A DNA stretch of 64,000 nucleotides from positions 1 to 64,000 of the forward strand of contig NZ_JMCB01000029.1 in assembly GCF_000737315.1 (NCBI RefSeq), in the 5' to 3' direction. The stretch comes from Hyalangium minutum. Lineage in GTDB: Bacteria; Myxococcota; Myxococcia; Myxococcales; Myxococcaceae. The position numbers were made by a program, and so were the translations under genes. Below are positions 38,325-47,800 of the stretch, piece after piece (within the stretch, counting starts at the first letter, position 1; every line of letters starts with the position of its first letter). The notes below the pieces were generated by a model. It saw only the letters and a program-made list of their open reading frames with translations, was not told where the DNA came from and made no database searches.

Positions 38325-39515
38325 ATGGCTTCAAAGCTGCTCTCCTCTGAGTCCTCTGTGAGCCGCTCCATGTGCGAAACGCCGCGAGTGCTCGTCGTGG
38401 ATGACGACACCCTCAGCCGCACCACGGCCGAGGCCCTGCTGCAACCCATGGACTACCGCCTCCGTGGCTGCGCGAGCGGAGAGGAGGCCTTGGAGGCGGT
38501 GGAGGAGGAAGTCCCGGATCTGGTGCTGCTGGACGTCCTGATGCCCGGGATGGACGGCTTCGAGGTGTGCCGCCGCCTCCGGGAGCGCCTGCACCCGGAC
38601 TACGTTCCCGTCATCCTCGTCACGGCGATGGATGATCGGAGAGACCTCGTACAAGGGCTGGAAGTCGGAGCGGACGACTTCCTGCGCAAGCCCGTGCATG
38701 GCGCCGAGCTGAGGGCGCGCGTGTCCAACCTGCTCAAGGTGCGCGCCTACCACCGGCTCCTGGCCTCCGAGCGGGACCACGCGCTCGCCACGGTGGAGCA
38801 GCTGCGCCAGCAGGTGCTGCGGGTGGACCGGCTGGCCATGCTGGGCACCTTCGCCGCGGGCGTCAGCCACGAGCTGAACAACATCGCCCACGTGCTGCGC
38901 AGCGCCCTCGAGCTGTCCAGGCCCGGCATCACGCCGCCTCCCGTGGGAGGAGAGGAGCTGAATCCCCGGGAGCTGTTCACCCACGTGTCCAACCACGTCA
39001 CGGAGCTGTCGCGCACCCTGCTGCGCATCGCCCGTCCCGACGAGGGTCCCGTCCCCGAGGCCAACCTCTGCCGCGTGTTGGAGGAAGTCGATCAGATGCT
39101 GCGGCTCACGGGGCGCACCCGCCACGCCCATGTCTCCCTGGTGCTGTCGCGAGAGGACTGTCGCATCCGCGGCAACCCCGTGCATGCGCAGCAGGTGTTC
39201 CTCAACCTGCTCGGCAACGCCGCGGACGCGGTGACGGCCGTGAACGGGCCCACCATCGAGGCCGGCGTGCAGCGCAAGGTGGACGGGCGCATCGAGGCCT
39301 GGGTGAAGGACAACGGCCCGGGCATGACGCAGGAGGTGCTGGCCCGCATCTTCGAGCCCTTCTTCACCACCAAGCCCCCCGGCTCCGGCACCGGCCTGGG
39401 GCTGCCTGTCGTCAGGCAACTGGTGGAGTCCTGGGGCGGGCACCTCCAGGTGGAGAGCCAGCCCGGGAGCGGCACCCGGATGGTGCTCGATCTCCCAGCG
39501 GCTCTCACGCCCTGA
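38325..39515 (+). CDS. REC-HisKA-HATPase hybrid response regulator/kinase
   Basis: VLVVDDD...DVLMPGMDG, HELNN, QVFLNL..NA, IFEPFFTTK and GTGLGL motifs. Confidence 0.9.
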   Translation: MASKLLSSESSVSRSMCETPRVLVVDDDTLSRTTAEALLQPMDYRLRGCASGEEALEAVEEEVPDLVLLDVLMPGMDGFEVCRRLRERLHPDYVPVILVTAMDDRRDLVQGLEVGADDFLRKPVHGAELRARVSNLLKVRAYHRLLASERDHALATVEQLRQQVLRVDRLAMLGTFAAGVSHELNNIAHVLRSALELSRPGITPPPVGGEELNPRELFTHVSNHVTELSRTLLRIARPDEGPVPEANLCRVLEEVDQMLRLTGRTRHAHVSLVLSREDCRIRGNPVHAQQVFLNLLGNAADAVTAVNGPTIEAGVQRKVDGRIEAWVKDNGPGMTQEVLARIFEPFFTTKPPGSGTGLGLPVVRQLVESWGGHLQVESQPGSGTRMVLDLPAALTP

Positions 39516-39551
39516 GCCCGCCCCTCGCCTCGGAGGCGGGCCCGCGAAGGC

Positions 39552-42500
39552 TCAGCGCAGGTCGTCTTCGGAGACAGACGGGGAGGCGTCCGCGGGGGCG
39601 GCCTCCGGGCCACCTGCGCCCGAGCCAAGCTGCTGGAAGAGCGGCGGAGGCTCGTCCGCGAGGAACTCGGTGAGCGAGGCCAAGGCCTGCTCGCGCAGGG
39701 GGCTCTTGGTGGTCTCGTAGCACTCGTAGCGCTCGGCGAGGAACTGCTCCTGCCACAGCGGGTGCTGCGCGTAGGGCTCGAGCGCCGCCTGACACAGCCC
39801 GTGCCAGTCCAGCACCTTGGCCAGGGCAAGCCGCACCTTGTGGCGCTGCGTCTCCAGGGCGTAGGCGGCGAAGGGCTGCTCGAAGCGGGCATACAGGCGG
39901 CGGCCCAGCGAGGGCTCCTTCTGCGCCAGCTCCTGCGTGGCCTGCATCAGCAGGCTCGTCACCGTGCGCTGGCCCCAGGGCTCGCGGCGGAGCGCGTCGT
40001 AGGCCTGATCCAGCGCGTTGAAGGCCTCCGTCCACCGGCCCTGGCGCAGCCGCAGCTCGCCGAGCAGCACATCCGCCTCCATGGGCGCCAGCGTCCGCAG
40101 CTGCTCCAGGAAGGGCATCGCGGCTTCGTCGGCCGTCTGCGCCAGCGCGCGGCTCACCATCGTCAGCTCCAGCAGGCCCTTGGGCTGCCACCCGGCCTCG
40201 CGCCACCTGCGCACAGCGCCCGCCGCGTCACCCCGGGAGAGCAGCTCCAGGAACTCGCGGCGCTCCTGCACGGAGCGGGTGAACTTCAGCGGCGGCGTCA
40301 GCAGCAGGTTCTGGGAGGAGGCCGCCGCAAGCATGCGCTGCTGCTCCACGCGCTCCCAGTCCACCGAGCCGCGGCTCACCGTGGGCCGGTTCGCCTGCAG
40401 GGACGAGGCGCCCGCGCGCAGCATTACCCGCAGCGACAGGAACTCCCGGCGGCCCACCGTCCGGGCGATGGCGAACTCCATGAAGGAGCGATCGTCCGTG
40501 CTGATGAGCGCCTCCTGGCCCTCGGCCAGGTTCCGGGTGAGCGCGTCGTTGCCCAGGTAGTGGGCCATCACGCCCTCCAGCTCGTCCGTCTGCCACGCCA
40601 CGAGCGCGGCCTTGCGGAAGGGCTCCTGGGTCAACCGGGCCCGCATCCGGTCCGCGTCGTAGGAGATCGGCGCCTCGGTGGCGATGAGCAGCAGGTCCGC
40701 GCTGTTCGTCTGCCACGTCTCCACCGCCGGGAACACCGAGGCCAGCGTGGCGTAGGCGCTGCGCATCGTCGTGGCGTCAATCTCATACGCCTGGAGCCAC
40801 TGGATGAAGATGCCGCCGGGGGCCAGCCGCTGCCGCGCCGCTTGATAGAAGTCCTGGGTGAAGAGGCTGGAGATGCCGGCGCGGTAGGGGTTGGAGGGCT
40901 CGGAGAAGATGATGTCGTACTGCTTCTGCGAGGCGAGCAGCACCTCGCGCGCATCTCCGATGAAGGTGTGCACCTTGGGGTTGGAGAGGACGTTCTGGTT
41001 CACCGGAGAGCACTGCTCGGCGAACTTGAGGATGGCGGGCTCGATCTCCACCACGTCCACGCGCTCCATGTCCGGAGCCGAGCCCATCCACCCGGCGGTG
41101 CTGCCGGTGCCCAGGCCGATGACGAGCGCCTGCTTCGGCTGCGGGTGCAGCAGCATGCCCACCAGGCCGCTCATGACCTGGGTGGAGGCATCGCCGATGC
41201 TGTTTCCGTCCGACTTGCCGTTCACATAGAACGAGGGCCCATCCACGAGACGGACGCCCACGCTGCTCTCGAGGCCCTCGTACTCCCACTTCATCTCCCG
41301 GCGAGGCGTCTCCAGGAAGGTGCGCAGCGTATTGAGGGTGGGCCGCTCCAGCCGGGCCCGGCCCGCGCCGATGGGGTTGTGGCGCCAGCCCGCGGTGGGG
41401 CCCTCCTGCATCAGCATGACGGCTGCCAGAGCGCCCACAGCGGCGGGCAGCCAGAGCCGGCCGGCCTGCTTCTCCCGCGTCAGCGAGAGCACGAAGGCGC
41501 CGCCCCCCAGCACCAGCAGCAGCGCCACCGCGAGCTTCCACGTTCCGGGCGCCGTCAGCAGCGGCATCAGCCCGAAGCCACCGGCCAGCGAGCCGATGAT
41601 GGCGCCCACCGTGTTCCACGCGTACGTGAGGCCCACCTCGCGGCCCACATTCTCCCGGCCGCGGCCCAGCAGTGCCAGGAGCAGAGGGAACTGCACGCCG
41701 GAGATGAAGGCCGCCGGGAAGATGACGAGCGAGGCCACCACGGCCCAGCTCGACACGAGCCCCAGGAAGCCGAATCCCTCGAGCGGCCGGAGCATCATCG
41801 CGAGCACCGCCATGCGGTCTCCCAGCGCATAAGGCAGCGCCATGAAGAGCGCCTCGGCCAGACACGTGAGCGCGAAGCCGCGCAGCGTCGCGGGCCGGTC
41901 CTGTCCCCACGCCGCGTAGGCCGCGCCGCCCAGGCCGATGCCCAGCAGCGCGACGATGAGGATGAGGCCGAAGGTGAAGGTGGAGCCACCCAGCAGCGGG
42001 CTCAGCATCCGGTACCAGACGAGCTCCATCAGCAGGAAGGCGAAGCCCACCGCCGCCGCGGCGCCCAGCACGAACCGGGGCGGCGCCACCCCCACCTGGG
42101 CCTTGGCCACGGAGGCCGCTGCGGGCTCGGCTCCGGAAGCGGTCTCGGGCGCCACCACGGGGGCGGCGGCGGGGACACTCTGCTCCGGCAGCGAGCGCGA
42201 GGCCACGCGGGCGGCCACGGCCACCAGCCCGTTGACGAGACACGCCAGCCACAGCGTCTGCTGGGTGCCGAAGACTTCGAAGAGGAAGAAGGTGGACAGG
42301 GCGGCGCCAGCCACGGCGCCCAGGGTGTTCACGCCATAGAGCACAGCCAGGGCGCGCCGCCGCACGTCATCGGGGGTCTCCGCCGCGCGGGCTGCCGCGG
42401 GCAAGGTGCCCCCCATCAGGACCGTAGGCACGGCGAGCAGCAGCGCGGAGAGCACCAGCCGCACGATGCTGCCACCCACCAGCCCCAGCGACACGGTGCC

Positions 42501-42806
42501 GCCGAGCGCCACATAGACCGTGCGGGCCAGCCACACCAGGGCCGGGGTCAGCGCCGCGCTCACGGCGATGAGGGCCTCCAGGTTGCCGTAGAGCTCCAGG
42601 GGACGGCGGTGCTTGTCGGCGCGAGAGCCCAGCAGCGCTCCGCCCAAGCCGAGGCCGGCCATGAAGATGGCGAGCACCGCCGCCGAGGCCGCGGTGGAGG
42701 CGCCGAAGATGAGCCGGAGCTCTCGCTGCCACGCGGTCTGGTAGATCAATGCGCACAGCCCCGAACCGAACAGGAACGGGGCGATCTTCAGGGCACGGGC
42801 ATTCAT
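39552..42806 (-). CDS. Fused MFS-like membrane domain / spermidine-synthase-like protein with a TPR tail
   Basis: SGLCALIYQTAW.R, many TM helices, VIGLGTGST, VEIEP, DAR, SEPSNP and LFTQDFY motifs. Confidence 0.85.
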   Translation of the reverse strand: MNARALKIAPFLFGSGLCALIYQTAWQRELRLIFGASTAASAAVLAIFMAGLGLGGALLGSRADKHRRPLELYGNLEALIAVSAALTPALVWLARTVYVALGGTVSLGLVGGSIVRLVLSALLLAVPTVLMGGTLPAAARAAETPDDVRRRALAVLYGVNTLGAVAGAALSTFFLFEVFGTQQTLWLACLVNGLVAVAARVASRSLPEQSVPAAAPVVAPETASGAEPAAASVAKAQVGVAPPRFVLGAAAAVGFAFLLMELVWYRMLSPLLGGSTFTFGLILIVALLGIGLGGAAYAAWGQDRPATLRGFALTCLAEALFMALPYALGDRMAVLAMMLRPLEGFGFLGLVSSWAVVASLVIFPAAFISGVQFPLLLALLGRGRENVGREVGLTYAWNTVGAIIGSLAGGFGLMPLLTAPGTWKLAVALLLVLGGGAFVLSLTREKQAGRLWLPAAVGALAAVMLMQEGPTAGWRHNPIGAGRARLERPTLNTLRTFLETPRREMKWEYEGLESSVGVRLVDGPSFYVNGKSDGNSIGDASTQVMSGLVGMLLHPQPKQALVIGLGTGSTAGWMGSAPDMERVDVVEIEPAILKFAEQCSPVNQNVLSNPKVHTFIGDAREVLLASQKQYDIIFSEPSNPYRAGISSLFTQDFYQAARQRLAPGGIFIQWLQAYEIDATTMRSAYATLASVFPAVETWQTNSADLLLIATEAPISYDADRMRARLTQEPFRKAALVAWQTDELEGVMAHYLGNDALTRNLAEGQEALISTDDRSFMEFAIARTVGRREFLSLRVMLRAGASSLQANRPTVSRGSVDWERVEQQRMLAAASSQNLLLTPPLKFTRSVQERREFLELLSRGDAAGAVRRWREAGWQPKGLLELTMVSRALAQTADEAAMPFLEQLRTLAPMEADVLLGELRLRQGRWTEAFNALDQAYDALRREPWGQRTVTSLLMQATQELAQKEPSLGRRLYARFEQPFAAYALETQRHKVRLALAKVLDWHGLCQAALEPYAQHPLWQEQFLAERYECYETTKSPLREQALASLTEFLADEPPPLFQQLGSGAGGPEAAPADASPSVSEDDLR

Positions 42807-43090
42807 ACGGTTCTCTCGTCTGAGCGCGCCGTCGGGGGCCCCTCCGGGGGGACTCGGGGCGCGCTGGGGCGCGGATTAAACCGCAGCCCCCTCGACTCGG
42901 CCATAAACGTCCGCACGCATTCCCGGAGGGCACGCGAGCGGCCGGGCCCCCTCCCCTGCTTCCGCTGGCCGAGGTGCGTGCCCCGGCTCCCCCTTGCGGG
43001 CTCGGCTCGTCGGCTGCTCTCCTCTGGACGGGGACGCGGCGCGTGGTTATATGCCGCCCTGTTCGATGGGCTTAGGAGAGCGCATCGGGC

Positions 43091-43133
43091 CCGGACGAGA
43101 GGTGCGCCGTACCCGGTCACGACAAGACGACGC
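43091..43133 (+). promoter_or_regulatory. Guanidine-III (ykkC-III) riboswitch
   Basis: CCGGACGAGAGGTGCGCCGTACCCGGTCACGACAAGACGACGC closely matches the ykkC-III aptamer as I recall it. Pseudoknot pairings: CCGG/CCGG and GCGCCGT/ACGACGC (one mismatch). It sits just before the AAGGAG RBS of an SMR gene. Confidence 0.85.
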
Positions 43134-43152
43134 CTACTGAAGGAGTGCTGTC

Positions 43153-43479
43153 ATGTCGTGGGTTCTCCTGGTCGTCGCCGGGTTGCTGGAGGTCTGCTGG
43201 GCCATCGGCCTCAAGTACACCGATGGTTTCTCCAAGCTCCTCCCCAGTCTCTTCACCGTCACCGCCCTCATCGCCAGCATCGGCTTGCTTGCGCTCGCAG
43301 CCCGAAGCCTGCCCATCGGCACCGCCTACGCTGTATGGGTGGGAATCGGGGCCTTGGGCGCGGCCATTCTTGGCATCGTGCTCTTCCGCGAGCCGGTCAC
43401 CGGGTCGCGCCTCTTCTTCCTCGCGCTGCTCTTCATCTCCATCGTTGGACTGAAGCTCACCAGCGGTGACGGACGCTGA
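43153..43479 (+). CDS. gdx: SMR family guanidinium exporter (Gdx/SugE)
   Basis: W..L.VAGLLEVCWAIGLK, LPIGTAYAVW.GIG and GLKL motifs, 108 aa, riboswitch upstream. Confidence 0.9.
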   Translation: MSWVLLVVAGLLEVCWAIGLKYTDGFSKLLPSLFTVTALIASIGLLALAARSLPIGTAYAVWVGIGALGAAILGIVLFREPVTGSRLFFLALLFISIVGLKLTSGDGR

Positions 43480-43626
43480 CGGCGTCGCGCATCCCAGCAT
43501 CCGCCAGGCGCCGGACGTGTGTCTTCCCCTGACCGGGAACTGACACCTGGCTTATGCGATGCAGGCCTTGGAACAGGACCGCGACGATGGGGCGTTATCT
43601 CCTGTCCCGTCTTGCCGCGGTTGCGT

Positions 43627-44691
43627 TTAGAGGGGAACCGTGGTGCAGCAGCCTGACTTCGCGCAACGCAGGTAGCCCTGGGAGACACAGGCCGAGTCTT
43701 CAGTACATGAGGGTCCCTGGTTCGGGCTGCTGCACTTGCCGCCCGTCCCACTGGAACTGGAGCCGCCGGAGGAGCACTGGCCCGCAGCCTGGATCGTCAC
43801 GTTCTGGCAATGATTAACGAAACAGCCGTTGTCGTAAGCGGACTGCGTCGTGTTGTTCGGGCAGGCGGTCCGGACTTGGGATGGGACCGAACCGAGGCCC
43901 GTGTTCTTCAGGCAGATGCCCACCTGCGTGAGGTTGCAGTTCGAGTCGCAACTGAGCACGACGGACTCGGGGGAGCCAAAGGCAGCCCGCAGCTCCGTGG
44001 CTGACACCGTGCCGCCCACGTTTTGCGCCAGCAGCGCCGGGGTCCCCTGGTCACCGGGCAGGGCCTTCAGCTCGGTGATGGCCGAGGAGAAGTAGGTGCC
44101 GGAGTCCAGGCCCGTGCAGCTCCCGTGCTTGGGCCACTCATGGTCCGCCAGGAAGTCGTTATCGGACACGTAGCCGGGACCATAGATTTTCATGGCCTCT
44201 GGAATGGTGGAGGGATCCGGGAAGCAGCCGGACGGAGGGTTCTTCGAGGTGCAGGAGCCGTAGGGGGCGCAGTACTGGGGCCAGGCGTATTGGGACCCTG
44301 CCTGCTGGGCTTCCGCATCCGTGTAGCTCGGCCAGAGGCCGTGGATCGTCAGATGGGTGGCTCCAAAACTGCCACTCAAACCCTGGCACTCCTCCTTGTC
44401 CGGGTGGCCACAGCAGAAGTTGGGAGCCCAGGAAAGTGCCAGCAGATAGAACCCAAAGGGGACCGCCGTGCCGGGGCCGCCGTTGGGGCTGCCCGCGGCG
44501 TTCGCCCCGTTGGGCGTGATTCCGGACGCAAGGGGACGCAGGTTGAACTCCTCGGCCACCTTGTCAGGAGCCGCGCGGACGGACGAGGCGGCCGGATTCT
44601 TCGGCTGTGAGGCCTCGGAGGGCGCGGGCGTCGTACGGACGCAGGCGGACCACAGGCTGACCAGGACAAGACTTGGGACGATGCGCCGCAT
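43627..44691 (-). CDS. Ribonuclease T2 family lipoprotein with a short Cys-rich C-terminal module
   Basis: Lipobox LWSA-C, FYLLALSW.P.FC, CAS I TIHGLWP and CAS II HEWPKHGSC. Confidence 0.85.
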   Translation of the reverse strand: MRRIVPSLVLVSLWSACVRTTPAPSEASQPKNPAASSVRAAPDKVAEEFNLRPLASGITPNGANAAGSPNGGPGTAVPFGFYLLALSWAPNFCCGHPDKEECQGLSGSFGATHLTIHGLWPSYTDAEAQQAGSQYAWPQYCAPYGSCTSKNPPSGCFPDPSTIPEAMKIYGPGYVSDNDFLADHEWPKHGSCTGLDSGTYFSSAITELKALPGDQGTPALLAQNVGGTVSATELRAAFGSPESVVLSCDSNCNLTQVGICLKNTGLGSVPSQVRTACPNNTTQSAYDNGCFVNHCQNVTIQAAGQCSSGGSSSSGTGGKCSSPNQGPSCTEDSACVSQGYLRCAKSGCCTTVPL

Positions 44692-44830
44692 GGGAGGCCC
44701 CCAGAGGTGAAAGCGCGGTCACCGTGACGGGTCCGCGCGGAAGTGAGACTCTTGGCAAAACCAGGCCATACAGGCAATTGATTTGTTGAAAAAGCACCAC
44801 TAATGTCCCGCCCTTTTCATCGAGGACTTC

Positions 44831-47800
44831 ATGGCCAAGCAAGTGTCGTTTTTCCTCAATGGCAGGCCCGTCACCATCGAGGACCCGTCACCGGAGCTGC
44901 TGCTGATTGATTATCTGCGCTCTCCCGAGGTCGCGCTGGCGGGCCCGAAGAAGCCCTGCGGACAGGGCGGATGCGGTGGCTGTACCGTCATCCTCTCGAA
45001 TTGGAACGAGAAGGAGCGCCACGCCGAGCATCGCGCCATCAACTCCTGCCTGCGCCCGGTGCTGGCGCTGGAAGGCCTGGTGGTGACGACGGTGGAGGGC
45101 ACGGGCGCCGCGCGGCGGCCGAACCCCAGGAACCTGTCCCACTCCGCCCTCTACTCCCGCGGGGGCGCGCTGCCAGAGCTGCAGACCCTACCCCAGCCGG
45201 CGGTGGTGGAAGCTCAGCAGGCGGCCAACAAAAAGCGCCTGGAGGTGATCGCCCGCGTCAACAAGGCCCAGCCCCAGACCCTGACCGCGGAGCTTCGGCA
45301 GGAGGTGCCGATCCACCCCACGGAGTTCTCGCACGAGGGCATGAACCCGGTGGCCCACCGGCTGGCGATGAACAACGGCACGCAGTGCGGCTACTGCACC
45401 GTGGGCTTCGTGATGAACATGTCGGAGTTCATCACCAACCACCCCAAGGCCACCAAGCGCGAGATCGAGGAGATCTTCGACGGCAATCTGTGCCGCTGCA
45501 CGGGCTACCGCTCCATCCTCACCGGGATGAAGACCTTCGCCTCCGACTGGACGAAGGAGGACGCAGAGAACCGGATGGAGTGCCTGCCGGATGACTACGC
45601 CGCGCACCAGGTCCCCGCCCCACGCGTCGTGATTCCGTTCCCGCCCGCGGCGCAGGTGGCTGCCAGCGGCGTGTCACTGGACGACGGCGCGCGCGTGTGG
45701 CGCACCCCCACCAGCCTGGTGGAGCTGGCCCGCCTCATGCGCCAGTTCCAGGGAAAGAAGGTGCGCCTGGTCCACTCCAACACCGCCTACGGCATCTACA
45801 AAGAAGAGTACCTGGAGGCGGATATCTACCTGGACATCCGGTCCATCCCGGAGCTGAACGCGGAGCCCAAGGAGACGGAGGGCGGGCTGCGCGTCGGGGC
45901 TGGAATGAACTACAGCGAGTTCATCCGGGTGCTGGAGCGCACGATGCTCTCCGTGGGCGAGGCCCAGGCCCGGAAGCACGAGGAGACGGACTACCCGGAG
46001 ACGACGCGGCTGGGGGCCACGCGCTTCATGGCGCGTCGGACCGCCGGGCGGATCGTCCGCAACGCGGCGTCGCTGGGCGGCAACACGATGCTGGTGCTCA
46101 AGCACATGGCCGAGGGCACCGGCGAGCCGTTCCCGTCGGATGTGTTCACGGTGCTGGCCGCCATCGACGCGCAGATCGAGTACCTGGACACGCAGGAAGG
46201 CGAGGCAGCCCAGCCGCGGCGCGCCACGGCCCTGGAGCTGGTGGAGCAGGTCATCGCCAACCCCAAGCTGGCGGACAGCATCGTGCTGCTGGCCTACCAC
46301 GTGCCGTTCGGCAAGGAGAACGAAGTCGTCCTGGCGCAGAAGGTGGCGCTGCGAGACGTGAATGCGCACAGCATCCTCAACGGGGCCAGCCGGCTGCAGC
46401 TGTCGAAGTCGCTGGAAGTAGAAGAGGCGGTGGTGGTGTTCGGAGGCATTGCTCCCTACCCGTGGCGCGCCCGGAAGACGGAGCAAGCGCTGAAGGGCAA
46501 GACACTGTCATTGGCGGCCGTCCCAGCGCTGGCCAAGAGCTTGGCCGACGAGGTGGGCGTGGAGCTGACGCGCTGGTCCCTGCGCATGCAGGGGCTGCCG
46601 TCGGAGGGCTTCACGAATGAGTACCGGATGCAGCTGGCCACGGCGTTCCTCTACAAGGCCGTGGTGAAGACGCTGCTGGAGCGGGGCGGCGAGGTCCCTC
46701 ATGCGCTCCAATCGGCGGGGGAGATCAAATGGGGCAATTGGGGAGTCAGCGACGGCACGCAGGATTACAAGCCCCAGCCCTACAAGGCGCCCGTCGCGCA
46801 GCCCTACATCAAGGACACGGCGATGCAGCAGGCCTCCGGGCAGTTGCACTACACCCATGAGCTGCCGGTCCCTCCGAGGACCCTCAACGCCTCCTTCGTC
46901 CTGAGCCGGCGGGCTCTGGCCACCTTCCACTTCATCATCCCTGGCAGTGACGAGGCTGCCAGCGCGGGCGATCTGCGCAAGCACCTCTCGAGCCGCTACG
47001 GTGGCTTCGTCGATCTCATCACCGCCGAGGTCTTCAAGGACGGTGGGATCAACAATCAGGGCATGGGGGCCGACCAGCCGCTCTTCGCCGCTGGCGAGGT
47101 GAATTATGTGGGCCAGTCCATCGCGCTGGTGTTGGCGAGAACGGAGCAGGAGGCCGAGCGCATCGCCGGGTACGTCACCGAGCGCTGCATCGGCTACGCT
47201 CCGGTCAAGCCCGAGTCGAGGCTGCAGCTTCGCTCGCTGAAGCAGTCCCCGACTTGGTGGTCGGAGCCGGTGTTGACCCTCGATGATGCCATCCGCCTGG
47301 GGAGCGTCTACCCGGACTACCCCACCCAGTCACCCTCCGTGTCACACATCTGGAAGGTGACGCGAAACGGGAGCCGGTTCGACTGGGTCACTCCCAAGGA
47401 CACACCGGAGCAGCGGATCGACCGGACGATCGTCAACCGGACAGGGACGCTGGACGGCATCTCCTGCCAGATCGTCGAGAGCACGCAGACGTGCGGGGGC
47501 CAGGCGCACTTCTACATGGAGACGCAGGCAGCGATCGCCGAGCCCCTGGACAACCATCGCATGCTCATCCGGCCCTCCTCGCAGAGCCCCAGTTCCATGC
47601 ACCAGACCACTGCCATGGCGCTGGGCGCGAGCTACAACAGCATCGAAGTGCAGGTCCCTCCGGTGGGCGGTGGCTTCGGCGGCAAGACGGAGCAGGCCCG
47701 CTTCGTGGCGGGGGCGGCGGCCATCGCCGCGCAGGCCACCAAGCGGCCGGTGCGCCTGGTCCTGTCTCGCGAGCAGGATACGGCGATGATTGGCAAGCGC

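Noticed and set aside
44750-44770. TTGGCA upstream of the molybdoenzyme as a sigma-54 promoter
   Set aside because: There is no GC at the required -12 spacing.
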